DNA of 32,000 nt from Candidatus Methylomirabilis oxygeniifera (GTDB lineage Bacteria > Methylomirabilota > Methylomirabilia > Methylomirabilales > Methylomirabilaceae), in NCBI GenBank assembly GCA_000091165.1, contig FP565575.1:360001-392000 (forward strand). Direction: 5' to 3'. The notes beneath the pieces are model-generated. The model was not told where the DNA came from, did not search any database, and saw only the letters and a list, made by a program, of their open reading frames with translations. Position 1 is the first letter of the stretch. Every line of letters starts with the position of its first letter. Shown here piece by piece: positions 10,957-17,664 of this stretch. Both the position numbers and the translations under genes were made by a program.

Positions 10957-12396
10957 ATGTCGTTTTCGTCATTCAAACTCAACGCGAACCTGTTGAAAGC
11001 CGTCCACAACATGGGGTTTAAGAGCCCGACGCCGATTCAGCGCGTGGCTGTTCCGCCCCTTCTGGAGGGCCGGGACGTTATGGCCAGCGCCGTAACGGGC
11101 AGCGGCAAGACGGCGGCGTTTCTGCTGCCCATCCTCCATTGCCTGATGGAGAAGCCAAGGGGAACAACGAGGGCGCTCGTTCTGGCGCCCACCCGGGAGC
11201 TGGCGGCGCAGATCTCGGATCACCTCCGCGAGCTCGCAGCGCACACTCCCTTGAAGGGCGCCGCGGTCTACGGGGGCGTCTCCATGGGACCTCAGGAACA
11301 GGCGTTTCGCAGAGGCGTTGACGTCCTGATCGCGACCCCCGGTCGACTCCTCGACCATTTCCAGTACCCGTACGCGCGCCTCGCCGGCATTGAGCACCTC
11401 GTGCTCGACGAGGCGGACCGTATGCTCGACATGGGTTTTCTGCCGGATATCCGCCGCATCCTGCAGCACGTTCCCAAGAAGCGGCAGACCCTGCTCTTTT
11501 CGGCGACCTTGCCGGCGCCTATCATGGAACTTGCCCGGGACATGCTCCAGAACCCGGTCTCCCTGAACATCGAGCGCAAGGCCGCGCCGGCGGCGGGGAT
11601 TACTCATGTGGCCTACCCTGTCCCGCATGAGCTGAAGTCCACCCTCTTCCTGGAACTGGTGAAGAATAGCGCGTCCAAGCACGTGCTGGCCTTCACCCGA
11701 ACCAAGCACCGGGCCAACCGGCTCGCCGACTTCCTTGAGAAGCACGGCGTCACTTGCGAACGGATCCACGGTAACCGCAGTCAGGCGCAGCGGACCGAAG
11801 CCCTGGCCAGCTTCAAGAGGGGACGGTGTCGCGTCCTGGTCGCGACCGACATCGCGGCCCGCGGCATTGACGTGGAAGCGTTGGGCCTCGTCGTGAATTT
11901 CGACGTCCCGCAACTCCCCGAGGATTACATCCACCGGGTCGGGCGTACGGGACGGGTAGACGCCACGGGCGATGCCTACACCCTCGTCTCACCGAACGAA
12001 GAGGGCACTCTCCGCGCCATTGAGAGCAACATCGGCACACGCCTGCCGCGCCAGAAGGTTCAGGGGTTCAATTACGCCACGACGCCCACTGAGCGCTTTG
12101 AGGTTCCCCTCGCCGAACGCATTGCCGCCATCCGCACCCGAAAAGCGGAGGAGCGGGTTCGGGCGAAGGCGAATGCTGCGCGCCGCACCGCGCCGGGGAT
12201 GACGGTCGTGTCCGCCGGACACGGGACAGCGGGGCAGAACCCCAGGAGCAATCGCTCAGCCGGCCCAAGTCGCTTGGGCGCAAAGTCGGCTACAGGGAAG
12301 TCCTTCAGCAGACCAGTCAGTGGACGCGCGAACGGGCAGACCGGCTGGCGAAGCAATGGCTCCGCCACAGAGCCACGGAGCGCCCGGAGGGCGTAG
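10957..12396 (+). CDS. rhlE: DEAD-box ATP-dependent RNA helicase, RhlE-like
   Basis: Q-motif region, AVTGSGKT, PTRELAAQ, DEAD (VLDEADRMLDMGF), SAT, HRVGRTGR; basic low-complexity C-terminal tail. Confidence 0.93.
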   Translation: MSFSSFKLNANLLKAVHNMGFKSPTPIQRVAVPPLLEGRDVMASAVTGSGKTAAFLLPILHCLMEKPRGTTRALVLAPTRELAAQISDHLRELAAHTPLKGAAVYGGVSMGPQEQAFRRGVDVLIATPGRLLDHFQYPYARLAGIEHLVLDEADRMLDMGFLPDIRRILQHVPKKRQTLLFSATLPAPIMELARDMLQNPVSLNIERKAAPAAGITHVAYPVPHELKSTLFLELVKNSASKHVLAFTRTKHRANRLADFLEKHGVTCERIHGNRSQAQRTEALASFKRGRCRVLVATDIAARGIDVEALGLVVNFDVPQLPEDYIHRVGRTGRVDATGDAYTLVSPNEEGTLRAIESNIGTRLPRQKVQGFNYATTPTERFEVPLAERIAAIRTRKAEERVRAKANAARRTAPGMTVVSAGHGTAGQNPRSNRSAGPSRLGAKSATGKSFSRPVSGRANGQTGWRSNGSATEPRSARRA

Positions 12397-12419
12397 CACA
12401 CATCTCTGCGGGTCAGAAT

Positions 12420-12449
12420 CGGCTTCGTGGTCGCGTGACCACGAAGCCG
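12420..12449 (+). terminator. Strong hairpin downstream of the helicase gene, possible terminator without a T-tract
   Basis: CGGCTTCGTGGTC / GCGT / GACCACGAAGCCG, 13-bp perfect stem with a 4-nt loop, 24 nt after the rhlE stop. Confidence 0.5.
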
Positions 12450-12582
12450 TACTCCCCTCTCCGGGTCGGACCGCCTGCCTGCCGTACCGGACGCGGCACA
12501 GACCGGCCGTCTCGCTAGGCCGCTTGGCCTTATCTTCTATTTGCCGGTAGTGATCCTGTACCCCCACACCCACCCACCCCGG

Positions 12583-12673
12583 CTATCTCGGTCGGCCCCC
12601 TCCAGATCCCTTTGGGCTCCGGGAAAGCCCAGCCCTTTCGGGTTTCTCGCTTGCGCCCTTGGTGAGCCCGCCG
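12583..12673. repeat. Repeat copy A (about 90 bp) shared with 13975-14070
   Basis: CCAGATCCCTTTGGGCTCCGGGAAAGCCCAGCCCTTTCGGGTTTCTCGCTTGCGCCCTTGGTGAGCCCGCCG; the TTTCGGGTTTCTCGCTTGCGCCCTTGGTGAGCCC core is identical in copy B. Confidence 0.85.
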
Positions 12674-12745
12674 TCGCCTTCAGAATCCATTGCGGTGTGG
12701 ACACGTTCCGATTGACCGAAGAGCAACTGCGAGAGGAATCCGGCA

Positions 12746-12850
12746 TTGCCTGAGGTCATCTCCAGCACCTCACCTCTGCAATACTTAGCTCAGATCGGTC
12801 TGTTGCACCTTTTGCCGGTCATGGCCGGACGCATCCTGACAGGCGAATAG
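12746..12850 (+). pseudogene. N-terminal fragment of a DUF3368/PIN-like toxin
   Basis: TTG start; (M)PEVISSTSPLQYLAQIGLLHLLPVMAGRILTGE*, matching the usual N-terminus of this family, then stops after 34 aa. Overlaps the end of an upstream frame ending RLTEEQLREESGIA*. Confidence 0.5.
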
Positions 12851-12855
12851 ATTGA

Positions 12856-12993
12856 ATGGCACAGAAGCCAGAGCTTGAACTTACCTGGATCGGGAAGGAG
12901 AACCGACTGAAGCTGGGTCTGCGCATCCTGCTGGAGGACCCGGAGAAGTTCCATCACGTCCCGCTCTACATCTCGCCTTCGGTACCCGCATAG
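12856..12993 (+). pseudogene. N-terminal fragment of an adenine-specific DNA methyltransferase (type III-like)
   Basis: MAQKPELELTWIGKENRLKLGLRILLEDPEKFHHVPLYISPSVPA*; the KPELELTWIGKEN...RILLEDP start is typical of these methylases; truncated after 45 aa. Confidence 0.55.
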
Positions 12994-13221
12994 CTGCCGT
13001 CTTCCACAGAGAGACCCCCTTTCCCATAGCGCAACACACAGCTCACTAAGTTCCCACTGTTCTTGTCACCGTTGCCTAAAGCGAGTATACTTTCGTTTCG
13101 ATAACCGGATCCCCGTCAATATTGCTCGGCATGACTCCTCGCCCTCCGCGAAACCCTCCAAGTCGCTGGGCGGGCCGATTTCTCGGGGCGCTTTAACCCT
13201 CGATAGAGCCAGAGACCAAGC

Positions 13222-13839
13222 ATGACAGCAAAGTCGGTAAAATACGACGCGCGTAAAATTGAATTGCTGATACTCACGATTCGCGGGCAGAAGGTAATTT
13301 TGGACCGCGACTTGGCTGCTCTCTATGGTGTGCCCACCTTTCGATTTAATGAAGCCGTAAAGCGCAATCGCCGGCGCTTTCCCGATGACTTCGCGTTTCA
13401 GCTTACGCGTCAAGAGCTTACAGACTTGATATCGCATATTGCGATATCAAGTTCGGGTCATGGGGGCATTCGTAAACTTCCTTGGGCCTTTACGGAGCAT
13501 GGCGCGGTCATGGCCGCGAACATTCTTCGCAGCGAGCGGGCCATCCAGATGAGTGTCTTCGTTGTACGCGCCTTCGTGAAGATGCGCTCCTTGCTTGCGG
13601 CCCAAAAAGACCTGACTGGAAAGCTCGCGGAATTGGAGAAAACGCTGACTGAACGGGTTGACCTGCACGAACGGGTCATCTCCGACATTATCCAGCAAAT
13701 CATGTCTCTCCTAAGTCCTCCGTCGCTGCCTGAGCCGCCGGAAAAGCGAATTGGCTTTCATGTACGGGAAGGTCTCGCCACCTACAAGCGCCGCCGGAAC
13801 CTTGGCCTGAAGCGAATCGAAGGGAAGGTCAAGCCATGA
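13222..13839 (+). CDS. ORF6N-domain (KilA-N/phage antirepressor-like) protein
   Basis: ILTIRGQKVILDRDLAALYGVPTFRFNEAVKRNRRRFPDDFAFQLTRQEL ... RKLPWAFTEHGAVMAANILRSERAIQMSVFVVRAFVKMR. Confidence 0.9.
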   Translation: MTAKSVKYDARKIELLILTIRGQKVILDRDLAALYGVPTFRFNEAVKRNRRRFPDDFAFQLTRQELTDLISHIAISSSGHGGIRKLPWAFTEHGAVMAANILRSERAIQMSVFVVRAFVKMRSLLAAQKDLTGKLAELEKTLTERVDLHERVISDIIQQIMSLLSPPSLPEPPEKRIGFHVREGLATYKRRRNLGLKRIEGKVKP

Positions 13840-13974
13840 TGCCGGAACAGAGAGAGGAGCTAATCCGGCCTGACGGCCCCCTGGTTGTTGCCCTCTGCTC
13901 CCCGCGTGTCCGCTCTTGGCGGACAGCGGACCGCCCTGCTGGCGTGACCGCCGCTCCACTCACGCACTTCCCCT

Positions 13975-14070
13975 GCATCTCGCCTCAGCCCCGTCCCTCC
14001 CGATCCCTTCGGGCTCCGGGAAAACCCCGCCCTTTCGGGTTTCTCGCTTGCGCCCTTGGTGAGCCCTCCG
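13975..14070. repeat. Repeat copy B (about 90 bp), partner of 12583-12673
   Basis: CCCGATCCCTTCGGGCTCCGGGAAAACCCCGCCCTTTCGGGTTTCTCGCTTGCGCCCTTGGTGAGCCCTCCG. Confidence 0.85.
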
Positions 14071-14184
14071 CCGGGACCAACTCATCGCCGAGATCGAAGG
14101 CAAGCTGCAGCAGCGCGTCTCGCAGAAGATGCTGTGTTCCATCCGGTGGTCGTTGACATGATTCGTAGGCTACGCTTGACAGGC

Positions 14185-14202
14185 GTTCGCAATAATGCGA
14201 AC
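14185..14202. promoter_or_regulatory. Palindromic operator-like site upstream of the XRE-family gene
   Basis: GTTCGCA-ATAA-TGCGAAC, perfect 7-bp arms, next to TTGACA (14176-14181) and about 40 bp before the ATG at 14244. Confidence 0.5.
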
Positions 14203-14243
14203 ATGTGGCGTATCTGACAAGAGAACGATCAGAAGACTTGACG

Positions 14244-14576
14244 ATGTCTAAGAGTAGGAAATCGGCCACCACGGATGCCGTGGAAATTCTCCACCGCCGC
14301 TATTACGAAGGTAGATCTGAACGGCTCGCGGCGCTTGAGGAAGCGCGCGTCAATGAGAGCGTGGCCCGCAAAATTGCCGCTCTGCGCGTCCAGGCCGGTC
14401 TGTCGCAGCGTCAACTGGCCAAACTTGTCGGCACTACGGCGTCGGTGATCTGCCGGTTGGAAGATGCTGACTACGAAGGCCATTCGCTGGCCATGTTGAA
14501 CCGGATCGCTGCCGCGCTGAACCAGCGAGTGGAAATTCGCTTCGTGCAAACTCGCAAACGGCTTCAACACGCCTGA
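14244..14576 (+). CDS. XRE-family helix-turn-helix protein, antitoxin-like
   Basis: VNESVARKIAALRVQAGLSQRQLAKLVGTTASVICRLEDADYEGHSLAMLNRIAAALNQRVEIRF. ATG at 14244 preferred over the GTG at 14205. Confidence 0.8.
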   Translation: MSKSRKSATTDAVEILHRRYYEGRSERLAALEEARVNESVARKIAALRVQAGLSQRQLAKLVGTTASVICRLEDADYEGHSLAMLNRIAAALNQRVEIRFVQTRKRLQHA

Positions 14577-14977
14577 GCGCTTCTGGAAAGGCCCATGACA
14601 GATCCGACGATCACCCGCCTTCACTACAAGGCTGACATCAAACTAACCGGATCACTTGAGCCGCCGTTCATCGAGGCCATCCGCGGGGCAGTCCTCAAAC
14701 TGGCAGGCGAGCAGATTTACGGGCACAGAAGCCAAAATTCAAGCTCGCGCTCCCCGTTCTGCACCTTGCCTTCGGCGCCAGCATAGCTGCCGTCCCCCAA
14801 GTTTGGAGAGTTCCCCTTCCTCTGTGGAAAATTATCCACCTTTATTCCAGCCCCTCTTTTGTTATTGAGAGATAGAACTGTTTGGAATATTCTACCCTTG
14901 ATTGAAGGGATCAAGGCGTCGATCGCTTATCGGCTTCGTGTGGCCAGCGGTTCCATGCCGTCGAACCAATCGGGTAA

Positions 14978-15154
14978 AGTCGAAATAAGGAAAGATTGGA
15001 GGACAGGGTTGAGCGTATCCCGTCGGCAAAGGAGGATGATTCCGAAGCCGATGTCTTGGGGCTCGAATACGAAATAGACCGGCGCGTATACCGCCTGTAC
15101 GGCCTGACCAAGGAGAAAACCGCCATTGTTGAGGGTTCACAAAAACGAAGATGA
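14978..15154 (+). pseudogene. C-terminal fragment of a restriction-modification type DNA methyltransferase
   Basis: Open frame SRNKERLEDRVERIPSAKEDDSEADVLGLEYEIDRRVYRLYGLTKEKTAIVEGSQKRR*; (E)IDRxVYxLYGLTxExxAIVEG is a common C-terminus of these enzymes. No start or catalytic core. Confidence 0.55.
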
Positions 15155-15585
15155 CGTATTTTTCCATATGTCGAGGACCGTTACACGCGTCTGTTAATCA
15201 GTGCTCAACGAGTTTTTGCAGATGCGCGAAGCCTGAACCCCAGGACCAATTCCTCGGACGGCTTACGAATATCGAACACGGCAGCAGCGTTAGTATCCGC
15301 CCGATCGAGCTCACTTAAGAGTCGCTAATAGAAACAGCACACTGATCTCATTTTTCTTAGTGGTGGATATCAGTTGCGAGTTGATCGGACGCGTCAGCTC
15401 AAGCAGGCTTGGTTTGGACCTCTGCCAAGTGTAGAATAAAGGTTGGCCAACGCCCCGTGCATGGCGCCAGCCGAAAATCATAGAATGAGATATACTGTCT
15501 CGCCCGTTAAGCGAGTAAAATGATTGCTTAGTCTTATGGCGCTGCCCGCGATCAACGGGGCGCCATGAAAGGAGGATCTGGCGAA

Positions 15586-16239
15586 ATGGGTGCCTGCAAG
15601 CTTTGTTCTGAACTCGAATCACGCACATCTGCATGGAACCAGCCGCTATTCGAGTCACCGAATTTTGTGGCACTTCCGTCGCTGGGCGCGCTCATTGAGG
15701 GATGGATTCTTCTGGTGCCCAAGCGCCATTTCATCTCATTCGGCGCGGTGCCGGGTTCTATGCTTGCTGAGATGAACGAGTTTAAGGGGTTCCTCTGCTC
15801 GGTGCTGGGTCAGCGTTATGGAACGGCTACTGCGTTTGAACATGGCCCGATCGCGGCAGGTCGAACCGTAGGGTGCGGGGTCGATCATGCACATCTCCAC
15901 CTCGTCCCGCTTCTATTTGATCTCTTGGCTGAAGTATCGCCATTATTGCCAAGCGGTGTCAGGTGGGCGAACGCTGGGATTGAGGAATGCCAGGACGCGT
16001 ACGGTCGAGGGCAAGACTATTTGTATCTTGAGCAACCAATCTGCTCAGGCTGGATCGCCACCCACGACCAATTTGGAAGCCAGCTCTTCCGCCGAGCCAT
16101 AGCGACACGAATTGGTGTGCGAGATCAATACAACTGGCGCGAGTACGAGCAGTTGCCAACCGTGATGGCCACCATGCAGATGGTTCGGGCCTTGGTCTCA
16201 ACCGGAGCCGCTGATGGCCTATCTGGTTCAGCAGCGTAA
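15586..16239 (+). CDS. HIT-family (histidine triad) protein
   Basis: GCGVDHAHLHLVPL triad motif; N-terminal CKLC; LLVPKRHFISF. RBS AAAGGAGG at 15568-15575 favours the ATG at 15586 over 15565. Confidence 0.8.
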   Translation: MGACKLCSELESRTSAWNQPLFESPNFVALPSLGALIEGWILLVPKRHFISFGAVPGSMLAEMNEFKGFLCSVLGQRYGTATAFEHGPIAAGRTVGCGVDHAHLHLVPLLFDLLAEVSPLLPSGVRWANAGIEECQDAYGRGQDYLYLEQPICSGWIATHDQFGSQLFRRAIATRIGVRDQYNWREYEQLPTVMATMQMVRALVSTGAADGLSGSAA

Positions 16240-16806
16240 ATGAATCCGCCCAAAATGGACGACGAGGCTGACGGTCGCGAACGTGGGGAATGGCAGTCCA
16301 AGTATACCGATCCCGTAGCTCGCCGGTGGATTCGGATCGAGTCCGCCTACTTGGCGATCCTCCTTATCATTGCGCCGAGCGCAATGTTGGCATTGTGGCT
16401 GGGATACCCTCAGTATTGGTTGCAGCTATCCGACCAAAAATATCGAACGCTGTTTTTGTGGGGGCTCGCCTGGATAGCTGGGACATTCGGAGGGACGCTT
16501 TTCGACATCAAGTGGCTGTATCGTTCTGTTGCGAGACAGTTCTGGCACATGGATCGTCGCCCGTGGCGATTTTTCACGCCCCATATCTCTGGCGGGCTGG
16601 CTTTTATCGTAATCGCATTAATCTCCTCCGGTCTAGTGCAAGTATTTGACCGCCACGCCATCGAGTCTCCGTCGCTCGTACTCGGTGTAGCGTTTCTTGC
16701 CGGGTATTTTGCCGATAGTACGCTTGCAAAGCTTGCGGAAATTGCCCATACGCTTTTTGGCCAGTCTACTGGAAAGAAAGACATATCCGAGAAGAAAGAC
16801 GCATAG
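16240..16806 (+). CDS. Multi-pass membrane protein of unknown function (about 4 hydrophobic segments)
   Basis: Segments AYLAILLIIAPSAMLALWLGY, LFLWGLAWIAGTFGGTLFD, ISGGLAFIVIALISSGLV, SPSLVLGVAFLAGYFAD; ATG directly abuts the upstream TAA. Confidence 0.75.
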   Translation: MNPPKMDDEADGRERGEWQSKYTDPVARRWIRIESAYLAILLIIAPSAMLALWLGYPQYWLQLSDQKYRTLFLWGLAWIAGTFGGTLFDIKWLYRSVARQFWHMDRRPWRFFTPHISGGLAFIVIALISSGLVQVFDRHAIESPSLVLGVAFLAGYFADSTLAKLAEIAHTLFGQSTGKKDISEKKDA

Positions 16807-16820
16807 CCAGGCGTACCCAA

Positions 16821-17651
16821 ATGAGAGATGCCTCTCCTTTGCGATATCCGGGTGGAAAATGGCGGATCGCGCCGTTCTTCGAGCGAGTCCTTCTGCTCAA
16901 CCGATTGGCTGGTAGCGATTATTTTGAGCCGTATGCGGGCGGTGCGAGCCTCGCATTGAGCCTTCTGCTCGCGAATCGTGTTACCGAGATCTACCTCAAT
17001 GACTTAGATCCTGCTGTCCATGCGTTTTGGTATGTCGTTCTCATGCGAAATAAGGATTTGAGGGAGCTTATCGAGTCGACCGCGGTCACGCCTGAAGAGT
17101 GGATTCGCCAAAAGGAAATCTACAAGAAAGGCCGTTCGGCCGGCATGCTGGCTTTCGGATTCGCAACTTTTTTCCTAAATCGCACAAATCATTCCGGTAT
17201 TATGAACGGAGGGATGATAGGCGGAAAGGCGCAGGAAGGAACATGGAAGTTGGATGCCCGTTTCAACAAGCCGGAATTGCTGAGACGGATTAAACGGATT
17301 GGTTCATATAAGAAGCGTGTCCACCTGTCGCAACTCGATGCTATCGACTTTCTGAACCATACCAAGCCATCGCGAGATAGCCTCGTCTACTTAGACCCGC
17401 CGTATTACAACGCAGGGGCAAAATTATATCTCAATGCGTATGGCCCGGGTGATCATGCGGCTGTACGTAACGCGGTGAGACAACTGGATGCCCCATGGAT
17501 CATTTCCTACGACGATGTTCCTGAAATTAGAACACTGTACAGGCCAGTGCGGTCGCGACGCTTAAGGCTCCTACACACGGCTCGATCTTTGAGGCTCGGT
17601 AGAGAAGTTCTATTTTTCTCATCCCGGTTAAGAATTCCGGTCTACCGTTGA
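16821..17651 (+). CDS. D12-class (Dam-type) adenine-specific DNA methyltransferase
   Basis: PLRYPGGKWRIAPFF, YFEPYAGGASLAL, LNDLD, LVYLDPPYY (DPPY motif), ISYDDVPEIRTLY. Confidence 0.93.
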   Translation: MRDASPLRYPGGKWRIAPFFERVLLLNRLAGSDYFEPYAGGASLALSLLLANRVTEIYLNDLDPAVHAFWYVVLMRNKDLRELIESTAVTPEEWIRQKEIYKKGRSAGMLAFGFATFFLNRTNHSGIMNGGMIGGKAQEGTWKLDARFNKPELLRRIKRIGSYKKRVHLSQLDAIDFLNHTKPSRDSLVYLDPPYYNAGAKLYLNAYGPGDHAAVRNAVRQLDAPWIISYDDVPEIRTLYRPVRSRRLRLLHTARSLRLGREVLFFSSRLRIPVYR

Positions 17652-17664
17652 GGATCAATAGAGG

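Noticed and set aside
12550-14100. CRISPR array
   Set aside because: Only two long copies about 1.4 kb apart with genes between; no regular short repeat-spacer pattern.
15311-15673. 120-aa minus-strand ORF upstream of and overlapping the HIT gene start
   Set aside because: No family signal and it overlaps the start of a better-supported gene; could be revisited if homologous loci conserve it.
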